From: Candidatus Gottesmanbacteria bacterium UBA5942 | Lineage (GTDB): Bacteria > Patescibacteriota > Microgenomatia > UBA10105 > UBA927 | Assembly (NCBI GenBank): GCA_002430725.1 | Contig: DJCU01000040.1 | Location: forward strand, 15,401 to 79,400 | Length of the DNA stretch: 64,000 nucleotides | Reading direction: 5' to 3' | Shown here: piece by piece, positions 18,551-30,850 of the stretch | Position numbering within the stretch: the stretch's first letter is position 1 | Layout of the letters: each line of letters starts with the position of its first letter | Notes under the pieces: model-generated | The model's database searches: none | Told to the model about the DNA's origin: nothing | Seen by the model: only the letters and a program-made list of their open reading frames with translations | Made by a program: the position numbers and the translations under genes

Positions 18551-19285
18551 TTACTGGATTTCGTAGCTTAGCATGACATTTACAGTGATCTCAGAAGACC
18601 CTGGTTCTACCTCGGTAGGCACGCCACCTCCAGAAACAGATAGCTTTTCTGCGGCATCATACATGAGCGGTCTTGGGCCAGCTCCACCACCTTCGCTGTA
18701 GTTTATGACCCTTCCCAGAGTAAAGCCAGCGGCTTTGGCTGCAGCTTCTGCTTTGGATTTTGCATCAGCGACCGCGGCTTCACGTGCCTGATTTTCTGCT
18801 TTTGTTTTGTCATCGACATCAAACGATATGCCACCTACTTGGTTTGCTCCCTGTGCTGTTGCGGCATCGATAACCGCATTGGCGTTATCTATTTTTCTTA
18901 CTTTGATAGTAAGATTTGAATTCGCTTGGTAACCAGTGATGCGTTGGGTATCTGACGAGTAGTCATATACCGGAGAAATGTTGTAGTAGCTAGTTTTTAT
19001 ATCTTTTTCGTCTACCCCCAGTTTTTTTATCGCGTCACTCATTGCATTTATTTTGGTATTTAATTCCTGTTGTACGCGAGTGACGGTAGACCCTTGGGAA
19101 GTTACCCCGACATGCACAACTGCGATATCAGGTACCATAGTCACTTTTCCTTCACCGGAAACGGTAAAGGTATCTGTTTTTTGGGTAACGACATTATATA
19201 ACGAAAATGGGATAGGCCCGGCTAGTTTGGTGTAGGCAAAAAGTAGTATAAAAAATAGAACAATAGCACCAGCGAGATTTTTCAT
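18551..19285 (-). CDS. SIMPL domain (DUF541) secreted/periplasmic protein
   Basis: Signal/anchor N-terminus; SIMPL-type repeats (VTVVGEGK..., ANSNLTIKVRKIDNANAVIDAA) and VEPGSSEITVNV C-terminus. Confidence 0.7.
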   Translation of the reverse strand: MKNLAGAIVLFFILLFAYTKLAGPIPFSLYNVVTQKTDTFTVSGEGKVTMVPDIAVVHVGVTSQGSTVTRVQQELNTKINAMSDAIKKLGVDEKDIKTSYYNISPVYDYSSDTQRITGYQANSNLTIKVRKIDNANAVIDAATAQGANQVGGISFDVDDKTKAENQAREAAVADAKSKAEAAAKAAGFTLGRVINYSEGGGAGPRPLMYDAAEKLSVSGGGVPTEVEPGSSEITVNVMLSYEIQ

Positions 19286-19303
19286 AGTGTTAGGTTACCC
19301 TTC

Positions 19304-20149
19304 TTATTGCATCATACAAGCTTTTATAAGATTTTGCATAAGACAGGCGACATTTACCGGCCCAACTCCTCCGGGGGTGGGTGTGTACCAACCCGCAATG
19401 TCAGCGACATCATTTTCTTCATAGTCTCCTCGTAATTTTCCTTTAGCATCACGCCAAATGCCAACGCTGATAAGGATAGCACCGGGTTTTACCGAGTCCC
19501 GAGTGACTACCCGTTCGCGTCCGACACACGAAATGATAATGTCTGCGTTTTTTATATGACTCTGGGGGTCGGGTGTCTGGGAATGAATTTGTGTGACCCT
19601 CGTATGCTTTTTTTGTAAATAGTGAAAAATAGGAGCTCCTGCAGTTGCTCCCCTGCCAATGACCACGATATGTTTTTCTTTGAGCCAATGGCTAAATTCT
19701 TTTTGTTGCGCAGGTGACTCGCGGTATATGGCTTGTAGCATTTCATCGACCGCCATAGCCACCGGTACATCAAACGGTGAGCCGGATAAAAATCCATCGA
19801 CATCTTTTGTTGGTAAGACATCGTCCAACGTGTCGTTCACTACGCCCACTTCTTTGGGGATAGGTCGTTGGACAATAAGTCCATGCACCAACGTGTCTTT
19901 ATTGTATTTAGTAATAAGGTTATACAGTCCTCCTGCGGTAAGTGCCGGGGGCTGGTGGTCAAAGATGACGCGAGCTCCGATTGCTTCTGCTGCTTTTTGT
20001 TTTTGTTTAATGTACGCAAGAGATGCCGGGTCGTCACCTATCAGAATGACCGCGAGCGTTGGGATAACGCCTTTTTTTTGTAAGCCACCCACCTGTATTT
20101 TTAACGAATCGAGTATCGATTGCGCGAGTAATGTACCATCTAGTTTCAT
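19304..20149 (-). CDS. folD: Bifunctional methylenetetrahydrofolate dehydrogenase/cyclohydrolase
   Basis: VVIGRGATAGAPI NAD(P)-binding motif; PGGVGPVNVACLMQN C-terminus. Confidence 0.9.
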   Translation of the reverse strand: MKLDGTLLAQSILDSLKIQVGGLQKKGVIPTLAVILIGDDPASLAYIKQKQKAAEAIGARVIFDHQPPALTAGGLYNLITKYNKDTLVHGLIVQRPIPKEVGVVNDTLDDVLPTKDVDGFLSGSPFDVPVAMAVDEMLQAIYRESPAQQKEFSHWLKEKHIVVIGRGATAGAPIFHYLQKKHTRVTQIHSQTPDPQSHIKNADIIISCVGRERVVTRDSVKPGAILISVGIWRDAKGKLRGDYEENDVADIAGWYTPTPGGVGPVNVACLMQNLIKACMMQ

Positions 20150-20233
20150 AGGTATGAAATTAGTATAGCAAATTCACATTTGACAATGGGGGCGACTTCG
20201 CCCCATTATACATACAGAGGAGCAATTATTTAT

Positions 20234-20974
20234 ATGGAACATAAACCATTAAGTGTCGCAATTATTGTAAGTAGTGTACTGTTAGTGACGTTGGTTGCAG
20301 TGGGTGGTCTTTTCCTTCCCTCGTGGGGCAGAATTCACGTTGCTCCAACCCAAACCGTTACGGTCGTGGGCGAAGCGAAATCGCAAGAAAAAAGCCAAAT
20401 TGCTGTTTTTTCAGCAGGGGTCAATGCGTTTAATGATGACAAAACTGTCGCAGTGAACGATGTAAACCGCAAGGTGGAAGCGATCATAGCTGCGGTGAAA
20501 GTGTTTGGTGTCACAGAAGATGATATCAAGACGCAAAGTTTGAATATTTATCAAAACCAGGAACAATACTATGAAGATGGTCGGCAAAAGTATCGCCCAG
20601 GACAGTGGAATGTCAGTAATACCGTTGAAATAACACTACGAAATGTAGATCAGGCATCTGCACTTGCCGGAGTACTTACAAATACCGGGGCAAACAACGT
20701 GTACGGCCCGAATTTCACTTTTGATGATACGAGCGAACAAGCGACCGCGCTTCTTGACGCAGCGTTTAGCAATGCAAAAGTGAAAGCTGAAAAAGTCGCG
20801 CAGTCGACAGGCCAGAAATTAGGGAAAGTAGTCAGTGTTACGGAGGCTGGAGCATCACAGCAGGCAGTTCCCTACTATGCGCGGATGGAGGGTGGTGGCG
20901 GTGGTGGCGGTGCGGTTGAACCAGGAAGCGGTACGGTGAGTAAAACCGTTACGGTGACATTTGAGCTTCGCTAA
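20234..20974 (+). CDS. SIMPL domain (DUF541) protein, paralog of 18551-19285
   Basis: Same architecture and similar C-terminus AVEPGSGTVSKTVTVTFEL; start placed at the ATG after SD agaggag. Confidence 0.7.
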   Translation: MEHKPLSVAIIVSSVLLVTLVAVGGLFLPSWGRIHVAPTQTVTVVGEAKSQEKSQIAVFSAGVNAFNDDKTVAVNDVNRKVEAIIAAVKVFGVTEDDIKTQSLNIYQNQEQYYEDGRQKYRPGQWNVSNTVEITLRNVDQASALAGVLTNTGANNVYGPNFTFDDTSEQATALLDAAFSNAKVKAEKVAQSTGQKLGKVVSVTEAGASQQAVPYYARMEGGGGGGGAVEPGSGTVSKTVTVTFELR

Positions 20975-20978
20975 CCCG

Positions 20979-21257
20979 TTATTTTTTTCTTTCTGTGTCA
21001 GTAGGAAGCATCACAATTATTTCGGTGGTTGGCTTTGGAAAAAATGTACGTCCTGTATATCGAATAGATTGCCAAGCTGATCCTATCCATAATCCCAGAG
21101 TGTTTATAGCAGCCTCGCTTCGAGATTTTTGATGAAGCTCCTGTTCTCTCTCAGCTAATCTGAGCGACATATGCATAGAGGTGCAAAAACCAAAGCGGCT
21201 TCGCGTTCGTTCGATAGTGTATGCATCGCGCCATCCTCTACGAAATGCTTCTCTCAT
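20979..21257 (-). CDS. Small hypothetical protein (about 92 aa)
   Basis: ORF starting MREAFRRGWRDAY 11 nt after the upstream gene's stop; no family recognised; may be spurious. Confidence 0.2.
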   Translation of the reverse strand: MREAFRRGWRDAYTIERTRSRFGFCTSMHMSLRLAEREQELHQKSRSEAAINTLGLWIGSAWQSIRYTGRTFFPKPTTEIIVMLPTDTERKK

Positions 21258-21267
21258 GTCACTCGCA

Positions 21268-21519
21268 TTATAGCTCAATAATTTCTTGAATATTTGAAAG
21301 TGTTTTTCGTAGTGCGCCAAGCAGTTCACTGCGTTCATTAAATGGCCCAAATGAGCCAGTGTATGGCGGTATTACCCCTCGTCTTGGCAATTCTGTCGTG
21401 CAAAGTGCTTGCCAGCCATTTCTTGTGTGTGTTACTTCGATGCGGACGGGATATTTTTCTCCCCCATTGGTAAATATGCCTGATAGATAGGTAGATCTTT
21501 TTTCTATTGCGCGAGACAT
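21268..21519 (-). CDS. UPF0150/HicB-like small protein with no adjacent HicA
   Basis: YPVRIEVTHTRNGWQALCTTELP...ERSELLGALRKTL resembles the HicB N-terminal domain (E. coli HicB YPVTLTPAPEGGYMVSFVDIPEA...GETVAEAMEAAKDAL) with an insertion. Confidence 0.35.
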   Translation of the reverse strand: MSRAIEKRSTYLSGIFTNGGEKYPVRIEVTHTRNGWQALCTTELPRRGVIPPYTGSFGPFNERSELLGALRKTLSNIQEIIEL

Positions 21520-21884
21520 GATTGGTTAATAATTGCAGCAGGAAGTTGTCCTAAAACTTCTTGTGGTGTGACATTGACGTATTTATCATAGAGCTGTTTC
21601 GGGAGTTGGTATTCACTGCACACACCAGTACCTGTTCCCGAGGTTACGCAAAAGCCTAAACATCGCTGGCTCGTGCCGTTACATGCAACACCTGCATCAG
21701 CAAGCTTTTGCACACATTCGTATTTTGTGCCGCTACACCAGCTAAGAAATTCTTTCCCATCTTTTTCACATTGAGTTTTTGCGACCTGTCTATTAAATGA
21801 GGTAGCAACAAGCGTATAGGTCATTTGCGCATAGCTCGACATAAGCGCAAGCGCAATCAATACAGGCTGGAGAAATGATTCCAT
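21504..21884 (-). CDS. Secreted cysteine-rich small protein
   Basis: Signal peptide MESFLQPVLIALALMSSYAQ; 8 Cys in about 100 residues; no homolog recognised. Confidence 0.45.
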   Translation of the reverse strand: MESFLQPVLIALALMSSYAQMTYTLVATSFNRQVAKTQCEKDGKEFLSWCSGTKYECVQKLADAGVACNGTSQRCLGFCVTSGTGTGVCSEYQLPKQLYDKYVNVTPQEVLGQLPAAIINQSCLAQ

Positions 21885-24407
21885 TTATTTTGTAAGGCAC
21901 GTTGCCGCAGCGATGGTGTCGTTCTTATCGGTAAACCGCATCAGTATGACACCGCTCGTGGCGCGGGACAGCTGCGGAATAGATTTCATCGGCAGCTTGA
22001 CGACCTGCCCCTTGGTGGAAGTAAGAATAACTTCTTCGCTTCCTTCGGGTACCATTTGTGATAACACAACTTTTCCAGTTTTGGGTTTAATCTCTGCGAC
22101 TTTTACTCCCTGTCCTCCCCGCTTCTGCTTGGGGAATCCTGTGATATTGGTTTTTTTACCAAGCCCTTTTTCCATAAGGGTCAAAAAGTCCGCTTTTTTA
22201 TTTTCGCTGCCGATAACTTCCATCGCGACTACGTAATCACCGGGTTTCAGAAGAATACCCCGTACACCCATGGTGTCGCGACCTGTGTGTCGTACTTCAG
22301 TTTCCGAAAATCGTATGGTTTTGCCGTCATGGGTGACAAGCAGCACATCATCATTGCCACTCGTAAGTTTTGCCCAGATAAGTTCATCACCTGACTCAAG
22401 TTTTATGGATAGTAAGCCATTACGCCTGATGTTTTCATACTGGGAAAGTTTTGTTTTCTTGACGACTCCCTTTTTGGTCGCCATGAGAATGTATTCCAAA
22501 CCTTTCTCTTTTTGTTCTGAGCGTTTCAGCGAATACGCCAACATAGAGGTGACTTTTTCAGCGCTTTCGATGTTTATGAGGTTCACAACTGCCTGCCCTT
22601 TGGATTGTCTGCTTGCTTCTGGAATATCCCAGACTCGTACCTGGTACACCTTTCCTTTTTCGGTAAAGAAGAGCATATTATCGTGCGTGTGGGCGCTTAC
22701 GAGTCGGTCAATCGCGTCTTCATCTTTGGTTGTCATACCGATGACTCCCTTACCTCCTCGCTCCTGTAGCTTAAAAGTAGTGCGTGGCACCCGCTTAATG
22801 TAGCCCGTTTCGGTCATGGTAATGATGGTTTCTTCGTTAGGAATAAGTTGCTCGTCAGAAAGCTCTCCGACTCTACTTTTGTATACTCGGGTCTTTCTGT
22901 TATCACCGTATTTTTCTTTGAGCTTGACGAGTTCTTCTTTGATAACTTTGAGGATTTTTTCGGGATGTGCCAAGAGATCGTTTAAGTACGCAATTGTTTC
23001 TCTGATCATGGCAAGTTCATCTTCAATTTTTTGGCGTTCGAGTGCCGCGAGTTTGCGCAGTTGCATATCGAGGATGGCGGTTGCCTGAATTTCTGACAGC
23101 TTGAAGCGCGCCATGAGCTTGGTTTTGGCATCATCTGCATCTTTGGCTTTTTTGATGATGGCGATAACTTCATCGATATGGTCAACCGCTATTTTGAGAC
23201 CTTCAAGGATATGCTCACGTGCCTTTGCCTCTTTAAGTTCAAATTCGCTTCTTCGATAAATGACATCATGGCGGTGTCTCAAGTATTCTTCTAAAATTTC
23301 GCGAAGCGTGAGCGTTCTGGGTGTGCCATCGACAAGTGCCACCACGTTTACCGGGAATGTCGTTTGTAGCTCAGTGAATTTATAGAGGTTATTGAGTACT
23401 TTGTTGGGTTGGGCATCGCGTTTGAGCTCTACGACTACCCGAATACCTCTGCGATCTGATTCATCTCGAAGATCAGAAATACCGTCAAGTTTTTTGTCTT
23501 TGACCAAATCAGCAATTTTTGCGACAAGATTTGCCTTATTTACCTGGTATGGCAATTCAGTAATCGCGATCATACTTTTCCCATTACCCATTTCTTCGAT
23601 TTCCGCTTTGCCACGCATGACGATTTTGCCTTTGCCTGTTGAATACGCATTTTTTATTTCGTTGATGTCATAAATCGCTCCGGCAGTCGGAAAGTCTGGC
23701 CCTTGTACGAACTCCATAAGATCTTCGAGTGTGACATCAAATGTCATGCCAAAGCGTTTGCTTTCACCGACATCGTTGGTGCTCGCTGTTCCTTTTTTAT
23801 CGATCGTTGATTTGCCGATCATAAAAATGATTGCATCAACGAGTTCGGATAAATTGTGCGGCGGGATTTTCGTTGCCATACCAACGGCAATACCCTCGCT
23901 TCCCATAAGGAGTAAATTCGGGAGTTTTGCAGGCAAACATACCGGTTCTTGGATTGAACCGTCAAAGTTTGGCAAGAAATTTACGGTTTCTTTTTCAATG
24001 TCTAGCAGCATTTCATCGGCAATACTGTCCAGACGACACTCTGTATACCGCATGGCGGCTGGTGGATCACCGTCAACCGAGCCAAAGTTTCCCTGTCCGT
24101 CAACGAGGGTGTATCGCATCGAAAAATCCTGCGCGAGACGCACCAACGCTTCGTAGACTGAGGAATCTCCGTGTGGGTGATATTTACCCAAGACTTCTCC
24201 GACTACAGTTGCAGATTTTTTGTATTTTGAACTGTGATGCAATCCAGTCTGGTGCATGGCATAGAGAATTCTTCGATGTACCGGTTTTAAGCCATCACGT
24301 ACATCTGGAAGTGCACGAGAGACGATGACACTCATTGCGTAGTCCATGTAGGACTTTTGCATTTCGGTGACGATATTGCTTTCCTGGATTTTGCCGATTT
24401 CTGCCAT
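21885..24407 (-). CDS. gyrA: DNA gyrase subunit A
   Basis: [21 protein letters not shown], active-site region, C-terminal beta-pinwheel repeats. Confidence 0.97.
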   Translation of the reverse strand: MAEIGKIQESNIVTEMQKSYMDYAMSVIVSRALPDVRDGLKPVHRRILYAMHQTGLHHSSKYKKSATVVGEVLGKYHPHGDSSVYEALVRLAQDFSMRYTLVDGQGNFGSVDGDPPAAMRYTECRLDSIADEMLLDIEKETVNFLPNFDGSIQEPVCLPAKLPNLLLMGSEGIAVGMATKIPPHNLSELVDAIIFMIGKSTIDKKGTASTNDVGESKRFGMTFDVTLEDLMEFVQGPDFPTAGAIYDINEIKNAYSTGKGKIVMRGKAEIEEMGNGKSMIAITELPYQVNKANLVAKIADLVKDKKLDGISDLRDESDRRGIRVVVELKRDAQPNKVLNNLYKFTELQTTFPVNVVALVDGTPRTLTLREILEEYLRHRHDVIYRRSEFELKEAKAREHILEGLKIAVDHIDEVIAIIKKAKDADDAKTKLMARFKLSEIQATAILDMQLRKLAALERQKIEDELAMIRETIAYLNDLLAHPEKILKVIKEELVKLKEKYGDNRKTRVYKSRVGELSDEQLIPNEETIITMTETGYIKRVPRTTFKLQERGGKGVIGMTTKDEDAIDRLVSAHTHDNMLFFTEKGKVYQVRVWDIPEASRQSKGQAVVNLINIESAEKVTSMLAYSLKRSEQKEKGLEYILMATKKGVVKKTKLSQYENIRRNGLLSIKLESGDELIWAKLTSGNDDVLLVTHDGKTIRFSETEVRHTGRDTMGVRGILLKPGDYVVAMEVIGSENKKADFLTLMEKGLGKKTNITGFPKQKRGGQGVKVAEIKPKTGKVVLSQMVPEGSEEVILTSTKGQVVKLPMKSIPQLSRATSGVILMRFTDKNDTIAAATCLTK

Positions 24408-24494
24408 ATAATTTAAGACAAATATAACGATAACAACGAGAATGACAAATACAATACTATATGTTTGTTGTTTTCGTTATTTTCGTTGCATTTG

Positions 24495-25013
24495 TTATTT
24501 ATTCTTTATTCCGTCCATTATTTCTTTTTGGGCGACAGCTTTTCCTTTCCATTCCTTGAGTTTTACCCATTTGCCTGGTTCAAGTTCTTTATAGTGCTCG
24601 AAAAAGTGTTTGATTTTCGCTTTGGTTGGTTCTGGAACGTCACCGATATCTTTCATGACTCCGTAGAAGGGGTCTGATTTTTCACTCGGGACTGCGACAA
24701 CTTTCATGTCGATGCCAGATTCGTCTTCCATTTCCAGCATGCCGATTGGCGTGACGTTAATCATCACTCCAGGGTGCAGTGGTTGTGAGCACAAGACCAT
24801 AACATCCACCGGGTCTCCGTCTCCTGATTTGGTGTTTGGAACAAATCCATAGTTAGCCGGATATCCCATGGTGGTGCGTACAAAACGATCGACCATGACG
24901 ATTTCTGCTTCTTTGTCCATTTCATATTTCACCATGCATCCTTCTGGGATTTCGATGATAACGTTTATGTCTTCTGGTGGGTTCTTTCCTGGTTTAATGA
25001 CTGATAGGTTCAT
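24495..25013 (-). CDS. ppa: Inorganic pyrophosphatase (family I)
   Basis: IIEIPEG...KYEMDKE...DPVDVMVL signature. Confidence 0.95.
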   Translation of the reverse strand: MNLSVIKPGKNPPEDINVIIEIPEGCMVKYEMDKEAEIVMVDRFVRTTMGYPANYGFVPNTKSGDGDPVDVMVLCSQPLHPGVMINVTPIGMLEMEDESGIDMKVVAVPSEKSDPFYGVMKDIGDVPEPTKAKIKHFFEHYKELEPGKWVKLKEWKGKAVAQKEIMDGIKNK

Positions 25014-25069
25014 ATAATCCTCCTTTTGTATATCGTTAATATAGTATTTCTTTTTTTACCGTCACGTTT

Positions 25070-26998
<1,929 letters not shown>

Positions 26999-27091
26999 CT
27001 AAAGAAAAAAGCGAGCGACTAATCCGCTCTAAAAATCATTGTACTCGATCATATATTGCCTTGTCTAGCCATGTTTTGGGAATATTGATTG

Positions 27092-27748
27092 TTATGGGAG
27101 CGCGAGCGCCGCGGCTTCCAATTGGAGCAGTATATTTACATTGTTTTCTTGATATTTGCGAGTTTCAAGAAGCGCGTGAAGAAACGCGGTTTTATGCGCT
27201 GTATTCGCGTGATGCTTTGCGTTAACAAGTTCATTTCGAAGTGTCGTGATAACGGTATCTATCCACGGTAACAAATCTTCTTTCGTTTTTCCGAGAGTGG
27301 ATAGGTGTGCTATTTTTTGACCTTTTGATAGCGCAAAAAAAGCTTGGAGGTCTAATGATGGAGCGGGTGCTGCCGAATTATTAACGGTTGATGTAAGTAG
27401 TCGACATTCGCATCTCGAGACAATTGTTCCCAAGATGGCGTGGATATTTGAAACTCCGATTGCGATGTATGCGTGTGCGGGAGGCTCTTCGAGGGTTTTT
27501 AAAAGCGCTTGTTGTGCTTCCATCGTCAAGCGCTCTCCGTCAGAGATGATGCCAGCAGTGTGTGTCCCCTGCTGAGGCAATAAAGAGAGACGTTTCATAA
27601 ATGTGCGGATTTCTTTAATGCCAATAGACAATGTGTCTGAGGAGGGTCTGACACAATCAAATGGTGAAATGCCCCACTTGTCTACTGCTTCTTGTATTGC
27701 TTGTTCTCTGATAGTGAGGTCGTTATGAATAAAAAGTACGGTTTGCAT
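27092..27748 (-). CDS. holB: DNA polymerase III delta-prime subunit-like (short form lacking Walker A)
   Basis: ISDGERLTMEAQQALLKTLEEPPAHAYIAIG...IVSRC matches the delta' sensor/SRC region. Confidence 0.7.
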   Translation of the reverse strand: MQTVLFIHNDLTIREQAIQEAVDKWGISPFDCVRPSSDTLSIGIKEIRTFMKRLSLLPQQGTHTAGIISDGERLTMEAQQALLKTLEEPPAHAYIAIGVSNIHAILGTIVSRCECRLLTSTVNNSAAPAPSLDLQAFFALSKGQKIAHLSTLGKTKEDLLPWIDTVITTLRNELVNAKHHANTAHKTAFLHALLETRKYQENNVNILLQLEAAALALP

Positions 27749-27944
27749 ATATAAAAAAGGAACTATGAGAAGAGCAGGATATATATTTTTCTCTATCTTC
27801 TATTATTGTAGGTAAAATATCACTCATTTACCAGAGCGTTTCTTTTCCCTCCCCTTGCAATAGTGCGTGTTCCTATGAATAATGGAATAAGAGACCAAAT
27901 GTTACCTCTGTATGTTTATACTCAGAGGTGGGTTTGTTATTTGT

Positions 27945-29660
27945 ATGCCTGCCCTAGACATCATCACCAGCTTAGTACAAGCAAACGCTATAACGGAAGA
28001 GCAAGCCGAGCGGCTTCGTACCGATGCGTTGAATTCAGGTGTTTCATTTGAAGAAGTCATCAAGGAAAAACATATTGTTACTCCCGAAGTGTTTGCGAAA
28101 GCCAAGGCGGAGACTCTTGGTATCCCCTTTGTCACCATTTCCGGTCGTCCAATTACACCAGACGTTATTAACTTTATTCCCGAACCGGTTGCGCGTAGAT
28201 ACACGCTTGTTCCATTTCAGATAGAACCCAAAGAGCCAGGCGCTTTGTCGGTTGCCATGCTTGACCCTCTTGATTTCCAAGTAGTGGAGTTTCTCGAGAA
28301 AAAATCAGGTCGTCCCATAAAAGCATTTATGGGTGTCGAAGATGATATTAAATCAGCAATTAACGAACTTTATACCCAAAATTTAGGCGCAGATGTGACC
28401 GCTGCGCTAGAAGAATCCGGCCCGGCAGTCAAAACGTATGAAGCAGGACATCTTGGTGAAGTTATCAGGGAAGCTCCTATCGCACAAATTGTATCGGCAA
28501 TATTGGAGCAAGCCATACGCATACGGGCATCTGATATTCATATAGAGCCGCAAATTGGAGAAACACGGGTGCGGTATCGTGTTGACGGTATATTGCAGGA
28601 GCGGCTTATGTTGCCGCGTAAATTGCAGGACGCGGTGATTTCCCGTATCAAAATATTGGCAGATTTAAAAATTGACGAAAAACGAATTCCCCAAGACGGT
28701 CGGTTTAATTTCAAAATGAGTGAAAGTGAGGTAGATCTTCGCGTATCTACGCTTCCTACAGTGCACGGTGAGAAGGTGGTCATGCGGTTGCTCAAAAAAT
28801 CAGGTGGTATCCCCACGTTGCAGGATTTGGGTCTCCGTGGATTGGCTATCAAAAATCTTGAATCCTCTATTCGCAGACCACACGGTGTTATTTTGGTTAC
28901 CGGCCCTACTGGTTCAGGAAAAACGACTACATTATATTCGGTGCTTTCCATCCTCAATAATGCCAAGGTAAATATCATGACACTGGAGGATCCGGTTGAG
29001 TACGAAATTACCGGTGTCAATCAGGTACAGATTAATCCTGCAGCAGGACTCACATTCGCGACAGGATTGCGGTCGTTTTTGCGTCAGGATCCGAATATTA
29101 TTCTGGTTGGAGAAATTCGTGACCAAGAAACCACTGAACTTGCTATACAGGCAGCTTTAACTGGTCATTTGGTATTTTCTACGCTTCACACCAACAATGC
29201 TTCAGGAGCAATTCCTCGGTTAATTGACTTGGGGGCAGAGCCATTTTTACTCGCTTCCGCCCTAAACGCAGTGGTTGGTCAGCGTATTGCCCGCCGCTTG
29301 TGCCCTGCATGCAAAGAAGAATACGTCCCAGAAGAAGCAGTTATTATTGATATAAAGAAAGTTGTCGGAAATTTATGGCCACAAGATAAGCCGATGGTGC
29401 TCTACAAAGGCAAAGGGACTGTGGATGGCACAACATGTGAAACCTGCGGTGGCGCGGGATATTTGGGTCGACTTGGTATATTTGAGGTATTTGCGGTAAC
29501 CGATATGATCAGTAAACTGACATTGTCGCACGCAACAATGAAAGAGATAGAAACACAGGCAATTAGCGAAGGAATGATCACGATGAAACAAGATGGCTAC
29601 CTCAAGGCGCTTGAGGGTATTACCACGATTGAAGAAGTGCTTCGGGTGGCGCAGGATTAA
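27945..29660 (+). CDS. pilB: Type IV pilus assembly ATPase PilB (GspE family)
   Basis: N-terminal GSPII domain; Walker A GPTGSGKTTTLYS; tetracysteine CPACK...CETCGG; the ORF track's start at 27912 is also possible. Confidence 0.9.
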   Translation: MPALDIITSLVQANAITEEQAERLRTDALNSGVSFEEVIKEKHIVTPEVFAKAKAETLGIPFVTISGRPITPDVINFIPEPVARRYTLVPFQIEPKEPGALSVAMLDPLDFQVVEFLEKKSGRPIKAFMGVEDDIKSAINELYTQNLGADVTAALEESGPAVKTYEAGHLGEVIREAPIAQIVSAILEQAIRIRASDIHIEPQIGETRVRYRVDGILQERLMLPRKLQDAVISRIKILADLKIDEKRIPQDGRFNFKMSESEVDLRVSTLPTVHGEKVVMRLLKKSGGIPTLQDLGLRGLAIKNLESSIRRPHGVILVTGPTGSGKTTTLYSVLSILNNAKVNIMTLEDPVEYEITGVNQVQINPAAGLTFATGLRSFLRQDPNIILVGEIRDQETTELAIQAALTGHLVFSTLHTNNASGAIPRLIDLGAEPFLLASALNAVVGQRIARRLCPACKEEYVPEEAVIIDIKKVVGNLWPQDKPMVLYKGKGTVDGTTCETCGGAGYLGRLGIFEVFAVTDMISKLTLSHATMKEIETQAISEGMITMKQDGYLKALEGITTIEEVLRVAQD

Positions 29661-29765
29661 CTATTGAACCAGAGTAACGAAAGTGACGAGAATAACGAAC
29701 ATAACAAGAGATCGTGGTGGGATATGCTCGTTATTTTCGTTCTAGTCGTTTATTGTTATTTATAT

Positions 29766-30824
29766 ATGGATATACAACAATTATTCGCAGAAGCAGCACA
29801 CAAAGAAGCATCTGATATTCATCTTATTGTCGGATTTCCTCCTATGATAAGAGTCTCCGGCATATTGTTTCCCGCGGAAGGCACGTCAATCCTTACCGAT
29901 GATAGCGCAAAAGAACTCATCTATAGCACATTGAGTGCGGAGCAAAAAGAGGTATACGAAACGAACAAAGAAATCGATTACTCATTAGCATCTGCGGTCG
30001 GTCGGTTTCGGGTAAACGTATACATGCAAAAAGGAACGATCGCAGCAGCGTTCCGGTTAATTCCTCAGAAAATAAAAACTATCGAAGAACTTGGGCTTCC
30101 TGATATTTGTCATCAGTTTGTAAAGTTGCGCCAAGGGCTCGTGTTGGTAACCGGCCCTACTGGACACGGGAAATCCACGACACTTGCTTCTATGATCAAT
30201 ATGATCAATCAAAATCGTGCCACCCATATCGTGACCATCGAAGATCCTATTGAGTACGTATACCCGACTGGTCAGTCTATCGTTTCGCAACGCGAGATGC
30301 ACGGTGATACCCACTCGTGGAATGTCGCGCTCCGGAGCGTATTACGCGAAGACCCCGATGTAGTGCTCATTGGAGAGATGCGAGATTTGGAAACGATACA
30401 GTCAGCTATTACGATTGCTGAAACAGGTCATTTGGTGTTTGCGACATTGCATACAAATTCTGCAGCACAAACGGTAGATCGTATCGTAGATGTTTTTCAG
30501 GAAAACCAGCAAGTGCAGGTGAGATTACAGCTATCAAACGTTTTGGAAGGGGTGCTTTCACTTCGGTTAATCCCCTCGCTTTCCGGAGGAAGAATTCCTG
30601 CTTCAGAAATTCTTACTGCGACACCCGCAGTGCGGACACTTATTCGTGAAGGAAAAACACATCAAATAGACAATATTATTCAGACAAGCGCAGAGTTTGG
30701 GATGCAGACGCTTGAAACATCACTCGCCCAGTCAGTGCGGTCGGGAGCAATCAGTCTTGAGGTTGCCAATGCATTTGCGCTCCGTCCGGAAGAATTGGGC
30801 AGACTGCTCCAGCGGACAGTCTGA
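29766..30824 (+). CDS. pilT: Twitching-motility ATPase PilT
   Basis: ASDIHLIVGFPPMIRV; Walker A GPTGHGKSTTLASMI; start placed at MDIQQLF; the ORF from 29664 adds an unusual 34-aa leader. Confidence 0.85.
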   Translation: MDIQQLFAEAAHKEASDIHLIVGFPPMIRVSGILFPAEGTSILTDDSAKELIYSTLSAEQKEVYETNKEIDYSLASAVGRFRVNVYMQKGTIAAAFRLIPQKIKTIEELGLPDICHQFVKLRQGLVLVTGPTGHGKSTTLASMINMINQNRATHIVTIEDPIEYVYPTGQSIVSQREMHGDTHSWNVALRSVLREDPDVVLIGEMRDLETIQSAITIAETGHLVFATLHTNSAAQTVDRIVDVFQENQQVQVRLQLSNVLEGVLSLRLIPSLSGGRIPASEILTATPAVRTLIREGKTHQIDNIIQTSAEFGMQTLETSLAQSVRSGAISLEVANAFALRPEELGRLLQRTV

Positions 30825-30850
30825 TGATATATAAGCGAGGAATATAACGT

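Noticed and set aside
20180-20233. ORF-track start of the second SIMPL gene at 20180 (MTMGATSPHYTYRG...)
   Set aside because: It overlaps the palindromic promoter-like region. The ATG at 20234 has an AGAGGAG SD and yields a signal/TM N-terminus.
21268-21519. HicAB toxin-antitoxin pair
   Set aside because: Only the HicB-like half is supported. Neither flanking ORF has the HicA GSH-containing double-stranded-RNA-binding-like motif, so a TA call is not justified.
22270-24328. Multiple antisense ORFs of 90-180 aa inside gyrA and gyrB (for example 22270-22803+ and 23731-24156+)
   Set aside because: They lie entirely within confidently identified genes on the opposite strand and have low-complexity Ser/Leu-rich translations typical of antisense frames.
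27912-27944. ORF-track start of pilB at 27912 (MFILRGGFVIC...)
   Set aside because: The second ATG (27945, MPALDII) is preceded by GAGGTG. The first has no SD and falls inside a hairpin (acctctg...cagaggt). The 27912 start was kept as a possible alternative only.
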